Assembly: GCA_019119025.1 (NCBI GenBank)
Contig: DWXV01000039.1
Location: 11,051 to 75,050 of the forward strand
Reading direction: 5' to 3'
DNA: 64,000 nucleotides
From: Candidatus Allofournierella excrementigallinarum
GTDB lineage: Bacteria > Bacillota > Clostridia > Oscillospirales > Ruminococcaceae
The notes under the pieces were generated by a model. It ran no database searches, was not told where the DNA came from, and saw only the letters and a program-made list of their open reading frames with translations. Each line of letters opens with the position of its first letter. Within the stretch, counting starts at the first letter, position 1. Made by a program: the position numbers and the translations under genes. Below are positions 41,754-51,508 of this stretch, piece by piece.

Positions 41754-42491
41754 ATGCGCACACTTGTCTGGTTCATCTATTTCTGGGGCTACATGCTGCT
41801 CCACCTTCCCGCGCTGCGCCGGGGCCTCAAGGCGCTGGAGGCGGGCGACTGGGCCGCGGCGGACGCCCTGGCCGCAGAGCACGTGCCCCGCTGGGCCGGC
41901 CGCCTCTTGAAACTGGCGGGGGTGACGGTGACGGTGGAGGGGCTGGAGAACATCCCCAAGGGGAGGCCCTGCGTGTTCGCGGGCAACCACCGCAGCTACT
42001 ACGACATCCCGCTGGTGCTCACCCAGCTGGACGCGCCCCACGGCCTGGTGGCCAAAAAAGAGGTGGCGAAGCTCCCCCTGGTGCGCAGCTGGATGCGCCT
42101 GTTGCACTGCGTCTTTCTGGACCGGGAGGACCCCCGCAAGGCCATGGCCGCCCTGAACGAGGCCATCGGCCTGGTGAAACAGGGCTACTCCCTGACCATC
42201 TTCCCCGAGGGCACCCGCAACCGGGGGGCGGAGGGCAGCCTTCTGGAATTCAAGAGCGGCGCCTTCCGGGTGGCCACCAAGGCGAAGGCCCCCATCGTGC
42301 CCCTGGCCATCACCGGCAGCCGGGACATCATGGAGAACCACCACATGTTCATGCACCCGGCCCATGTGACCATCCGGGTGCTGGAGCCCATCGAGACCGA
42401 GGGGCTCACCAAGGAGGAGATCCGCGCCCTGCCTCAGCGCACGGCGGACGTCATCGCGGCGCATCTGCCCGCTGACAGCGGCAACCGCTGA
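41754..42491 (+). CDS. plsC: 1-acyl-sn-glycerol-3-phosphate acyltransferase
   Basis: HX4D motif NHRSYYDIP and FPEGTR motif. ATG 41754 behind GGAGG. Confidence 0.85.
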   Translation: MRTLVWFIYFWGYMLLHLPALRRGLKALEAGDWAAADALAAEHVPRWAGRLLKLAGVTVTVEGLENIPKGRPCVFAGNHRSYYDIPLVLTQLDAPHGLVAKKEVAKLPLVRSWMRLLHCVFLDREDPRKAMAALNEAIGLVKQGYSLTIFPEGTRNRGAEGSLLEFKSGAFRVATKAKAPIVPLAITGSRDIMENHHMFMHPAHVTIRVLEPIETEGLTKEEIRALPQRTADVIAAHLPADSGNR

Positions 42492-42522
42492 AACGGGCGG
42501 TAACGATTCGGAGGTATTTTTC

Positions 42523-43272
42523 ATGGCAAGCGCCCGCTACACACTGAACATCAAACCCGAGGACCTGGAGCCTGAGCAGCCCCGGGAACGGACAAAAAAG
42601 GAAAAGGCCGCCAACTGGTGGTATTATCACCGGGTGCATGTGTTCATCGCCGCCGCGGTGCTGGCGGTGGCGGTCTGGCTGGCGGCGGATTTCTTTGGCC
42701 GCACCCTGCCGGACTACCAGATCGCCCTGGTCACCGAGCAGTACATCCCCGACGCCGTGCTCTCCGAGCTGGGCGGCGCTTTGAGCGCCTTCGGGCAGGA
42801 CCTGAACGGCGACGGGCAGCCGGTGGTGCAGGTGAACGGCTACCAGCTTTCGCTGGGCGGCGAAGCAAAGGAGAGCGGCGCTTTTGCCTCGTCCTCCTCC
42901 GCTGTGCCCGCCACGGTGGACGTTTACACCCAGATGGCGGGCATGACCACCCTTTCCGGCGACTTGACCACCCGCACCAGCCTCATCTTCCTCACCGACG
43001 ACCCGGAGGCCCTCCAGAGCTCCTTCGAGCCGCTGGCCGCGGCGGACGGCAGCCTGCCGGCGGAGGGCGCGGGCCTTGAGGGGGTGGAGCTTTTCGCCTT
43101 TCCCGACTGCCCGGCGCTGGCGGGGCTGGCTTTGAGCGAGGAGACCCGCGCCTATCTGGACGGCTTTTACATCGCGCGCCGGGGCTTTGCCGGGGGGCAG
43201 ACGCTGGCGGAATACCCGGAGGAAAACCAGGCGCTTTATGAAATGCTCACCGCCGGGGCCGCCGCGCAATAA
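42523..43272 (+). CDS. hypothetical single-pass membrane protein
   Basis: Basic N-terminus, one TM (VHVFIAAAVLAVAVWLAADFF), extracytoplasmic domain, RBS GGAGG. Confidence 0.6.
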   Translation: MASARYTLNIKPEDLEPEQPRERTKKEKAANWWYYHRVHVFIAAAVLAVAVWLAADFFGRTLPDYQIALVTEQYIPDAVLSELGGALSAFGQDLNGDGQPVVQVNGYQLSLGGEAKESGAFASSSSAVPATVDVYTQMAGMTTLSGDLTTRTSLIFLTDDPEALQSSFEPLAAADGSLPAEGAGLEGVELFAFPDCPALAGLALSEETRAYLDGFYIARRGFAGGQTLAEYPEENQALYEMLTAGAAAQ

Positions 43273-43323
43273 GTTCAGCATCAAAAAACGCGGCCTTCGG
43301 GCCGCGGCAAAGGGGAATGACCG

Positions 43324-44121
43324 ATGGGATTTTTCAACCGCAACTTTGACCGGCCGGGGCCGGGCGTTTCCAAGGACGCCCCCCGCAAGACCGGCCCCGC
43401 CCGCTTTTTTGAGGTGCTGGGGCGGGACTGGGGCAGCTTTTTCAAGGCCAGCCTTCTGTGCCTTCTGGGCTTCGTGCCCTGGACGCTGCTGGTGGGCATC
43501 GGCGTGCTGGGCCAGAACATGATCTTCACCCTGCTGGGCGGCCTTGTGGGCGGCGTCATCGCCGGGCCCGCCCTGGCGGGCATGCACGACACGGTGCTGC
43601 GCTCGCTGCGGGATGAGCCGGGCTTCTGGTGGCATGTCTACAAGCGGGCCTTCAAGAACAACTGGCGGGCCTCCATGGCCCCCGGCGCGCTGCTGGGCGT
43701 CCTCACCGCCGGGCAGCTGTTCATGTTCTGGTGCCTTGCCATGGGCCTTGTGTCGCTGGACCTTGTCAGCGCGGCGCTGCTGCTGCTGAACCTGCTCATC
43801 ACCGGCATGTGCGTGCCCTTTGTGTTCGGCCAGCTGGTGATGATGGACATGGGCCTTGCCACCCTTTTGAAAAACAGCCTGTTCCTGGCGCTGGGCAACG
43901 CCCTGTGGGCCCTGCTGATGGCGGTGGTGCAGATCGCCTACTGGGCGGCAATGCTGCTTTTGTTCCCGGTGTCGGTGCTGGCGCTGGTGCTGCTGGGCTT
44001 TGTGCCGGTGACGGTGTTCTGCCAGCAGATCGCCTGGCGCATCATGGACAAGGTCTTCGGCCTGGAGGACCAGTTCCGCAAAAAGCGGGAGGCCCAGCTG
44101 GCGGAGGGCACGCAGGAATGA
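43324..44121 (+). CDS. YesL (DUF624) family membrane protein
   Basis: MGFFNRNFDRPGPGVSKDAPRKTGPARFFEVLGRDWGSFFKASLL matches the characteristic YesL N-terminus; 5-6 TMs. Confidence 0.55.
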   Translation: MGFFNRNFDRPGPGVSKDAPRKTGPARFFEVLGRDWGSFFKASLLCLLGFVPWTLLVGIGVLGQNMIFTLLGGLVGGVIAGPALAGMHDTVLRSLRDEPGFWWHVYKRAFKNNWRASMAPGALLGVLTAGQLFMFWCLAMGLVSLDLVSAALLLLNLLITGMCVPFVFGQLVMMDMGLATLLKNSLFLALGNALWALLMAVVQIAYWAAMLLLFPVSVLALVLLGFVPVTVFCQQIAWRIMDKVFGLEDQFRKKREAQLAEGTQE

Positions 44122-44276
44122 AGCTGCCCGCCTTTCTGCGCCGGGGCCCAAAAAAGGCCCAGCGCCCCCTGAGCGCCCAGCTGGGCAACCCCTACCGCCC
44201 CATCTTTGGCCGCGAGCGCCGCTTTGAGGAGCTGGTGCGGGGCAAAAAGGCGGACAAATCATATAAGAAGCCGTGA
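44118..44276 (+). CDS. small basic ORF (52 aa), hypothetical
   Basis: ATGA overlap with the yesL-like stop. MKLPAFLRRGPKKAQRPLSAQLGNPYRPIFGRERRFEELVRGKKADKSYKKP. Followed immediately by a terminator. Confidence 0.3.
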   Translation: MKLPAFLRRGPKKAQRPLSAQLGNPYRPIFGRERRFEELVRGKKADKSYKKP

Positions 44277-44277
44277 A

Positions 44278-44310
44278 CCCCGGCGGGCGGCGCCCGCCGG
44301 GATTTTTTTA
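44278..44310 (+). terminator. rho-independent terminator
   Basis: CCCGGCGGGC-GGC-GCCCGCCGGG followed by TTTTTTT. Confidence 0.85.
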
Positions 44311-44339
44311 TTGTGCAGCAGGCCCGTTTATGGTATACT
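44311..44339 (+). promoter_or_regulatory. promoter of the aromatic amino acid supraoperon
   Basis: TTGTGC (44311-16), 17 nt spacer, TATACT (44334-39) with TGG extended -10. Confidence 0.6.
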
Positions 44340-44371
44340 TTACTGCGACAGAGCAAAAAGGGGGTTCGAGG

Positions 44372-45463
44372 ATGAGCGAACTGGACGAGGCGCGCCGCAC
44401 CATCGACGAGGTGGACCGGCAGATGGCCGCGCTGTTTGAGGAGCGGATGGCCGCCGCCGGGCGGGTGGCCGCCTACAAGGAGGCCCACGGCCTGCCGGTG
44501 CTGGACGCCGGGCGGGAGGCCCAGGTGGTGGAAAAGAACCTGGCTCTTTTGAAAAACAAGGACCTCGCCCCCTATTATGCCGACTACATCAAGCACCAGA
44601 TGGCCCTCTCCCGCCAGTACCAGACCAAGGTGCTGGGGCGGGACAAGGCGGCCTATCAGGGGGTGGAGGGAGCCTTTTCCCACATCGCCCTGACCAATCT
44701 CTTCCCCCGGGCCCGGGCCGTGGCCTGCCCCACCTTCGGCGGGGTGTTCGAGGAGGTGGAAAGCGGCCGCGCCGCCTTCGGCGTGCTGCCCTTTGAGAAC
44801 AGCCACGCCGGCGACGTGGCGGCGGTGCTGGATCTGTGCTACGCCCACAGGGGCATCTTCGTCACGGCGGTGTATGACCTGCCGGTGCGGCAGAACCTGC
44901 TGGGCCTGCCGGCCGCGCAGCTTTCGGACGTGCGCAGGGTGTTCAGCCACCCCCAGGCCATCGCCCAGAGCGAGCGCTTTCTGAAGAGCCTTTCCCTGCC
45001 CGCCGAGAGCTGCGCCAACACCGCCATGGCGGCAAAGCGGGTGGCCGAAGGGGGCGACAAATCGCTGGCGGCCATCGCCAGCGCCGAGACCGCCGCGCTC
45101 TACGGCCTCAAAGTCCTGGCGGCGGACATCAACTCCGACGGCGACAACACCACCCGCTTCATCGTCATCAGCCGCACCCGGGCCGCCGCGGGCGACCGGT
45201 TCAGCCTTCTGTTCACCGTGGAGCACAAGGCAGGCATGCTGGCCCGGGTCATCCAGGCCATCGGCGCGGCGGGCTTCAATATGGAAAGCATCAAGAGCCG
45301 CCCCAAGCCCGGCGTGCCCTTTGAATATTATTTTTACGTGGAACTGGTGGGCCGCACCGACAGCGACAGCGCCCGCGCTTTGCTGAAAGAGCTGGAAAAC
45401 GTGTGCGACACGGTGCGGGTGCTGGGGGTCTATTCCCGCAGTGTAAAAGAGGAAAGGGTGTAA
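44372..45463 (+). CDS. pheA: bifunctional chorismate mutase / prephenate dehydratase
   Basis: N-terminal AroQ-type CM (RRTIDEVDRQMAALFEERM), PDT domain, TRFIVIS motif, C-terminal ACT domain. Confidence 0.9.
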   Translation: MSELDEARRTIDEVDRQMAALFEERMAAAGRVAAYKEAHGLPVLDAGREAQVVEKNLALLKNKDLAPYYADYIKHQMALSRQYQTKVLGRDKAAYQGVEGAFSHIALTNLFPRARAVACPTFGGVFEEVESGRAAFGVLPFENSHAGDVAAVLDLCYAHRGIFVTAVYDLPVRQNLLGLPAAQLSDVRRVFSHPQAIAQSERFLKSLSLPAESCANTAMAAKRVAEGGDKSLAAIASAETAALYGLKVLAADINSDGDNTTRFIVISRTRAAAGDRFSLLFTVEHKAGMLARVIQAIGAAGFNMESIKSRPKPGVPFEYYFYVELVGRTDSDSARALLKELENVCDTVRVLGVYSRSVKEERV

Positions 45464-45467
45464 GCAG

Positions 45468-46490
45468 ATGAAACTGACCATGCGCCTGGGCGCGCGAAGC
45501 TACGACATCATTTTGAAGCGCGGGGCGCTGAAAAGTCTCTCCGCCCTCATCAACCTGAACCGCAAGGTGTTCATCGTCACCGACAGCGGCGTGCCCGCCG
45601 AATATGCCGAGGCCGTGCGCGCCCAGTGCAGGGAGGGCTTTATTTACACCGTGCCCCAGGGCGAGGGCAGCAAAAGCCTTGCGATGTATCAAAAGCTGCT
45701 GGAGGCCATGCTGGACGCGGGCTTCGGCCGCTCCGACGCGGTGGCGGCCGTGGGCGGCGGCGTGGTGGGGGACCTCGCGGGCTTCGTGGCCGCCACCTAC
45801 ATGCGCGGGGTGGACTTCATCAACTGCCCCACCACCACCCTCTCCCAGATCGACTCCTCCATCGGCGGCAAGGTGGCGGTGGACCTGGGCCGCACCAAGA
45901 ACATCGTGGGCGCCTTCTGGCAGCCCAAACTCGTGGTGGCGGACCCGGACACCCTTTCCACCCTGCCCCGCCGCCACTTCGTGAACGGCCTGGCCGAGAG
46001 CGTGAAGATGAGCCTGACAAGCGACGCGGAGCTGTTCCAGATGTTCGAGACCTGCGACGTGGACGCGGAACTGGAGACCATCATCCGCCGCAGCCTGCTC
46101 ATCAAAAAGAGCGTGGTGGAGCGGGACGAGACCGAGCAGGGCCTGCGGGCCATCCTGAACTTCGGCCACACCCTGGGCCACGGCATCGAGGCGGTGAAGG
46201 GCGTCGGCGGGCGGCGCAAAACGGGGCTTTACCACGGCGAGTGCGTGGCCCTGGGCATGCTGCCCATGATCGAGGATCGCCAGCTGCAAAAGCGCGCCCG
46301 TGCGGTGCTGCGCAGGCTGGGCCTGCCCTGCCGCGCGGCCTACAACAAGGAAAAGGTGCTGGGCTACATGCTCCACGACAAAAAGGCCCGGGGCGGCCAG
46401 ATCACGCTGGTGAAGGTGCCGGGCCTCGGGTGCTGGCGGCTGGACAAGGTGCCGGTGAGCGAGCTTGAAGCCATTGTGATGGGGAAGTGA
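45468..46490 (+). CDS. aroB: 3-dehydroquinate synthase
   Basis: GGGVVGDLAGFVAATYMRGV NAD motif and metal-binding His residues (HTLGHGIE). Confidence 0.92.
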   Translation: MKLTMRLGARSYDIILKRGALKSLSALINLNRKVFIVTDSGVPAEYAEAVRAQCREGFIYTVPQGEGSKSLAMYQKLLEAMLDAGFGRSDAVAAVGGGVVGDLAGFVAATYMRGVDFINCPTTTLSQIDSSIGGKVAVDLGRTKNIVGAFWQPKLVVADPDTLSTLPRRHFVNGLAESVKMSLTSDAELFQMFETCDVDAELETIIRRSLLIKKSVVERDETEQGLRAILNFGHTLGHGIEAVKGVGGRRKTGLYHGECVALGMLPMIEDRQLQKRARAVLRRLGLPCRAAYNKEKVLGYMLHDKKARGGQITLVKVPGLGCWRLDKVPVSELEAIVMGK

Positions 46491-46494
46491 CGAG

Positions 46495-47607
46495 ATGAGC
46501 AACTCTTTTGGCGGCGCGGTGAAACTGACCATCTTCGGCGAAAGCCACGGCGAAGCCATCGGCGCGGTGCTGGACGGGCTTGCCGCCGGCCACCCGGTAG
46601 ATGAAGCTTACATCGCCTTTCAGATGGACAAGCGCCGCGCCAAAAAAGACGGCCTTTCCACCGCCCGCGCCGAGGCGGATAAGGTGCGCATTTTGAGCGG
46701 CGTGTATAACGGCTTCACCACCGGCGCCCCGGTGACGCTGGTGATCGAAAACCAGAACGCCCGCCCGGGCGACTATGCCAAAACCGCGGGCCTGGCCCGG
46801 CCCGGCCACGCGGACTTCACCGCCCATGTGAAATACGCCGGCTTTGAGGACCCGAGGGGCGGCGGGCATTTTTCCGGCCGCGTCACCGCCGCCCTCACCG
46901 CCGCAGGGGCGCTGTGCCAAAGCATCCTGGCGGCGAAGGGCGTCCTTATGGCCACCCACATCGCCCGGGCGGCGGGCACTGCCGACGCGCCCTTCGCCTT
47001 TGAGGAAAGCGCCCTGCGCGCCCAGCTTGCGGCGCTGGAACAGAATACCGGCTTTGCGGTGCTGGACGAAGCCGCCGGGGCCGGGATGCAAACGCGCATC
47101 CGCGCCGCCGCCGCCGAGGGCGACAGCGTGGGAGGCGTTCTGGAAACGGCGGTGCTGGGCCTGCCGGCGGGCCTGGGCGAGCCTTTCTTTGACAGCGTGG
47201 AGAGCGTTCTTTCCCACCTGCTTTTTTCCATCCCGGCGGTGAAAGGGGTGGAGTTCGGGGCGGGCTTCGGCTTCGCGGACCTGAAGGGCAGCGAGGCCAA
47301 CGACCCCCTCACCGTGAAGGACGGCCGGGTGACGGCCCTCTCCAACAACGCGGGCGGGGTGAACGGCGGCATCTCGAACGGCATGCCTCTTGTTTTCCGC
47401 AGCTGCGTGCGGCCCACCCCCAGCATCTACAAACCGCAGCAGACGGTGGACCTGGCCAAAAACCAGGCGGCCACCCTTCAGATCCAGGGCCGCCACGACC
47501 CCTGCATTTTGCACCGGGCGGCCATCGTGCAGACGGCGGCGGCGGCCTTCGGCCTGCTGGACCTGCTCACCCGGAACGGCGGCGGCCAGCGGCAGGCCGG
47601 GCGGTAA
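46495..47607 (+). CDS. aroC: chorismate synthase
   Basis: FGESHGEAIGAVLDG N-terminal signature, RPGHADF, GRHDPC. Confidence 0.95.
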   Translation: MSNSFGGAVKLTIFGESHGEAIGAVLDGLAAGHPVDEAYIAFQMDKRRAKKDGLSTARAEADKVRILSGVYNGFTTGAPVTLVIENQNARPGDYAKTAGLARPGHADFTAHVKYAGFEDPRGGGHFSGRVTAALTAAGALCQSILAAKGVLMATHIARAAGTADAPFAFEESALRAQLAALEQNTGFAVLDEAAGAGMQTRIRAAAAEGDSVGGVLETAVLGLPAGLGEPFFDSVESVLSHLLFSIPAVKGVEFGAGFGFADLKGSEANDPLTVKDGRVTALSNNAGGVNGGISNGMPLVFRSCVRPTPSIYKPQQTVDLAKNQAATLQIQGRHDPCILHRAAIVQTAAAAFGLLDLLTRNGGGQRQAGR

Positions 47608-47622
47608 GGGGGCGCGGGAAGT

Positions 47623-48873
47623 ATGGAATACGGGCTTATCGGCGCCACCCTCAAGCACAGCTATTCCAAGCTCATCCACGAGCAGCTGTACCCCTGCGAC
47701 TACAAACTCATCGAGCTGCCCTGCGAGGCCGAGGCGCGGGAGTTCCTGGAAAAACGGCCCTTCAAGGCCGTCAACGTGACCATCCCCTACAAGCAGCTGG
47801 TCATCCCCTACTGCGCCGTGCTGGACGAAAAGGCGAAGACCATCGGCGCGGTGAACACGGTGGTGAACGAAGGCGGGGCGCTCCACGGCTTCAATACCGA
47901 CTTCGACGGCTTTTCCTATCTGGCGGCGGCCCACGGGGTGGAGTTTTCCGGGCGGCGGGTGCTCATTTTGGGCACCGGCGGCACCTCCAGGACCGTCACC
48001 GCGGTGGCGAAGGCGGCGGGCGCATCCGAAGTGCTCTACGCCAGCCGCACCCCCGGCGAAGGGCGCATCTCCTACGCCGAGGCCCTTTGCTGCGGCGCGC
48101 AGGTGGTGGTGAACGCCTCCCCCGCCGGCATGTACCCGAACAACGGGGCGCTGGCGCTGGATGTGGCGAAGATGCCCGGCCTTGAGGCGGTGCTGGACGC
48201 GGTGTATAACCCCTTCTCCACCCGGCTGGTGCAGGCCGGGCGGGCGGCGGGGGCCAAAGCCGCCGGGGGCCTCGAGATGCTGGTGGCCCAGGCGGTGTTC
48301 GCCGCGGCCCTTTTCACCGGCACGAAACCCCAAACCGGGCGCATCGCCCCGCTGGCCAAGGCCATCTTTGCCCAAAAGGCCAACATCAGCCTCATCGGCA
48401 TGCCCAGCTGCGGCAAGACCACCATCGGCAAACAGCTGGCCAAAGCCTTTTGCAAAAAATTCGTGGACCTGGACGCCGAGATCGTGAAGGCGGCGGGCAG
48501 GCCCATCCCGGCCATCTTCGCCGAAAGCGGCGAGGCGGCCTTCCGGGATTTGGAGCAGCGCATCACCGCCCGCTTTGCCAAGGAGGGGGGCCAGGTGCTC
48601 TCCACCGGCGGCGGCGCGGTGCTGCGCAGCGAAAACGTGGCCGCTCTGCGCCAGAACGGGCCGGTGGTGTTCATCGACCGGCCGCTGGAACTGCTCTGCA
48701 CCGGGGGCGGCAGGCCCCTTTCCACTGACCGGGCGGCCCTGGCCGCCATGGAGCAAAAGCGCCGTCCTCTTTACGAGGCGGCGGCGGACATCCGCATCCC
48801 CAACGACACTGACGTGTTCCGCAAAGCGGCAAAGGCTGCAGAGGAGGCATTGCATGCGTATTTTGGTACTTAA
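47623..48873 (+). CDS. aroE: fused shikimate dehydrogenase / shikimate kinase
   Basis: N-terminal AroE (GLIGATLKHSYSKLIHE, ILGTGGTSR). C-terminal AroK with P-loop LIGMPSCGKTTIGKQLA and STGGGAV. Confidence 0.88.
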   Translation: MEYGLIGATLKHSYSKLIHEQLYPCDYKLIELPCEAEAREFLEKRPFKAVNVTIPYKQLVIPYCAVLDEKAKTIGAVNTVVNEGGALHGFNTDFDGFSYLAAAHGVEFSGRRVLILGTGGTSRTVTAVAKAAGASEVLYASRTPGEGRISYAEALCCGAQVVVNASPAGMYPNNGALALDVAKMPGLEAVLDAVYNPFSTRLVQAGRAAGAKAAGGLEMLVAQAVFAAALFTGTKPQTGRIAPLAKAIFAQKANISLIGMPSCGKTTIGKQLAKAFCKKFVDLDAEIVKAAGRPIPAIFAESGEAAFRDLEQRITARFAKEGGQVLSTGGGAVLRSENVAALRQNGPVVFIDRPLELLCTGGGRPLSTDRAALAAMEQKRRPLYEAAADIRIPNDTDVFRKAAKAAEEALHAYFGT

Positions 48874-49288
48874 CGGGCCCAACCTCAACCTTCTGGGGGT
48901 GCGGGAGCCGGGGCTTTACGGCACCGTGGACTACGACGGGCTCCTTGCCCTCATTCAGAAGGAATGCGACGCATTGGGCGTTCAGGCGCGCTTTTACCAG
49001 TCCAACCACGAGGGGGACCTGGTGGACGCCATCCAGGCCGCGCGCCTCGATTGCGACGGCATCGTGCTGAACCCGGGCGCCTACACCCACACCAGCATCG
49101 CCATTCTGGACGCGCTGAAGGCGGCGGCGCTGCCCGCCGCCGAGGTGCACATCACCGACATCAACCGGCGGGAGGAATTCCGCAGGGTGAGTTACGCGGG
49201 CATGGCCTGCCAGGCCCACTTCATCGGCCAGGGCCTTGCCGGGTACCTGAACGCCGTGCGCTGGCTGGCCGAAACCCACGGCAAATAA
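48854..49288 (+). CDS. aroQ: type II 3-dehydroquinate dehydratase
   Basis: ILVLNGPNLNLLGVREPGLYG, SNHEG, NPGAYTHTS. Start ATG 48854 overlaps the end of aroE/K. Confidence 0.93.
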   Translation: MRILVLNGPNLNLLGVREPGLYGTVDYDGLLALIQKECDALGVQARFYQSNHEGDLVDAIQAARLDCDGIVLNPGAYTHTSIAILDALKAAALPAAEVHITDINRREEFRRVSYAGMACQAHFIGQGLAGYLNAVRWLAETHGK

Positions 49289-49320
49289 GGGAAATCGCAA
49301 CATAAGGGAGAGAGAATCAC

Positions 49321-50337
49321 ATGATCATTTCCACCAAAAAGGGCACCCCCCAGGAAGAGCTGCAAAAAATCATTTCCGGCTTCGAGGCCCAGGGCCTGGA
49401 GGTCACCCTCATCCGCGGCACCGACTACAACGTCTTTGGCCTTGTGGGCGACACCACCAAGATCAACGACAAGGTGGTGGCCGCGAACCCCTGGGTGGAG
49501 AGCGTCACCCGCGTGTCCGCCCCCTACAAAAAGGCCAACCGCCTGTTCCACGCCGCCGACACCATCGTGGACGTGGCCGGCGTGAAGGTGGGCGGCCAGG
49601 AGAACGTGGTGGTCATCGGCGGGCCCTGCAGCGTGGAGTGCGAACAGCAGGCGGTGGACATCGCCAGGGCGGTGAAGGCCGCCGGCGGCAGGATGCTGCG
49701 GGGCGGCGCCTACAAGCCCCGCACCTCGCCCTACGCCTTCCAGGGCCTTGGCACCGAGGGCATCCTGGACCTGGTGAAGGCCCGCAAGGCCACCGGCCTG
49801 CCCGTTGTGAGCGAATTGATGAGCGAGGACCGCATCGGCGAGTTCGAGGAATACGTGGACCTGGTGCAGATCGGCGCGCGGAACATGCAGAACTTCCAGC
49901 TTCTGAAGGCCGTGGGCAAGATGAAAAAGCCGGTGCTGCTCAAGCGTGGCCTTGCCAACACCATCGAGGAGTGGATCATGAGCGCCGAGTACATCATGGC
50001 CGGCGGCAACGAAAACGTCATCTTCTGCGAGCGGGGCATCCGCACCTTCGAGCCCTACACCCGCAACACGCTGGACCTGTCGGTCATCCCCATCATCAAG
50101 GAAAAGACCCACCTGCCCATCGTCATCGACCCCAGCCACGCCACCGGCAACTGGCGCTATGTGGAGGCCATGAGCCTGGCCGCCGTGGCCGCCGGGGCGG
50201 ACGGCCTCATCATCGAGGTGCACACCGACCCCGAGCACGCCTGGAGCGACGGCGCCCAGACCTTAAAGCCCGAAAAATTCCGTCAGGTCATCGAAAAGTG
50301 CCGCGCCGTGGCCCACGTGGTGGGCCGGGACATCTGA
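49321..50337 (+). CDS. aroF: 3-deoxy-7-phosphoheptulonate (DAHP) synthase, type I-beta with N-terminal regulatory domain
   Basis: KPRTSPYAFQGLG, VDLVQIGARNMQN, DPSHATG. About 70-aa ferredoxin-like N-terminal extension. Confidence 0.9.
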   Translation: MIISTKKGTPQEELQKIISGFEAQGLEVTLIRGTDYNVFGLVGDTTKINDKVVAANPWVESVTRVSAPYKKANRLFHAADTIVDVAGVKVGGQENVVVIGGPCSVECEQQAVDIARAVKAAGGRMLRGGAYKPRTSPYAFQGLGTEGILDLVKARKATGLPVVSELMSEDRIGEFEEYVDLVQIGARNMQNFQLLKAVGKMKKPVLLKRGLANTIEEWIMSAEYIMAGGNENVIFCERGIRTFEPYTRNTLDLSVIPIIKEKTHLPIVIDPSHATGNWRYVEAMSLAAVAAGADGLIIEVHTDPEHAWSDGAQTLKPEKFRQVIEKCRAVAHVVGRDI

Positions 50338-50353
50338 CAAGGAGAATCGTTTC

Positions 50354-51472
50354 ATGGAAAACCACGCCCCGCTGGTAAGCATCATCGTGCCGGTGTACAA
50401 AGCCGGGGAATACCTGCCCGCCTGCGTCGCGGGCATACGCGCCCAGACCTTCGAGGGCTGGGAGTGCATCCTGGTGGACGACGGCAGCCCCGACGGCAGC
50501 GGCCGTCTTTGCGATGAAGCCGCCGCGGCGGACGGGCGCTTTCGGGTCATCCACAAGGAAAACGGCGGCGTTTCCAGCGCACGCAACGCCGGGCTAAAGG
50601 CGGCCGGGGGCCGCTGGGTGGTATTTTGCGACGCAGACGACGCCCTGGCTCCCTGCGCCCTGGAGCTGGCGCTGGAGGCGGCGGCGCGCTGCCCCGGCGA
50701 CCTTGTCTGCTGGCGGCTGGCCCGCAGTGAAGGGGAGCTGCCGGCGGCGGGCTGGCGCGGCCCTGCGGCCGAGACGCTTTACACCGCTTCCCAGCGGCGG
50801 GTGTACGCCACCACGGTGGACGGCCACTCCAGCTGCAACAAGCTGTTTGAAACGGAACTTCTGCGCGCCTTCGGCGTCCGCTTTGACGAAAGCCTTGCCA
50901 AGGCGGAGGATTATATGTTCGTGGGGGCCTTTCTGGATTCCTTCTTCGCCGCCCGGCCCGAAGCAGCGGTGCGCCAGCTGGAAGCGCCCCTGTATTACTG
51001 GCGGGTGAACCCGGAAAGCGCCACCAACAAGCGGGTGGCCGGCGACCGCCGGGGCCGGGTAGAGTGGGACCCCGAGGAATTCCGGGACTATGCACGCCGC
51101 CTGGCGGAGGAATACGCCGAGACCCGCGCCGCCATGAACGGCTGGCAGGGCATGGCCGAAGAGGACCTGGCCCCCCAGCTGCGCACCTATCTGCGGCGGT
51201 TTGCCTTCGCGGTCTGGGCGGCGGGGCAGCTGGGCGAGCGCCTGCCCGCGGACTTTTTCACCGCCGGACCGGTGGCTGAGCTGCTGGACCTGATGCGCCG
51301 CCACCGCTTTTTCACCCCCTATTACCTTCTGTTCCGCCTGCGGCTCAAGGGGCTCATCGCCCGCTGCTACGAGTCGGAGGAAAGCGGGCGGATGACCCTG
51401 TACCGGCGGCTTTACACCCTCACCTATTACACGCTGCTGCTTACCACCGGTCATCGCTGGAAGCAGGCGTGA
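50354..51472 (+). CDS. family 2 glycosyltransferase
   Basis: VSIIVPVYKAGEYL, DDGSPDGS, CDADD (DxD). Confidence 0.85.
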   Translation: MENHAPLVSIIVPVYKAGEYLPACVAGIRAQTFEGWECILVDDGSPDGSGRLCDEAAAADGRFRVIHKENGGVSSARNAGLKAAGGRWVVFCDADDALAPCALELALEAAARCPGDLVCWRLARSEGELPAAGWRGPAAETLYTASQRRVYATTVDGHSSCNKLFETELLRAFGVRFDESLAKAEDYMFVGAFLDSFFAARPEAAVRQLEAPLYYWRVNPESATNKRVAGDRRGRVEWDPEEFRDYARRLAEEYAETRAAMNGWQGMAEEDLAPQLRTYLRRFAFAVWAAGQLGERLPADFFTAGPVAELLDLMRRHRFFTPYYLLFRLRLKGLIARCYESEESGRMTLYRRLYTLTYYTLLLTTGHRWKQA

Positions 51473-51508
51473 GGCCTTATTCAACTCACAAAAAAGGAAG
51501 CTGATACC

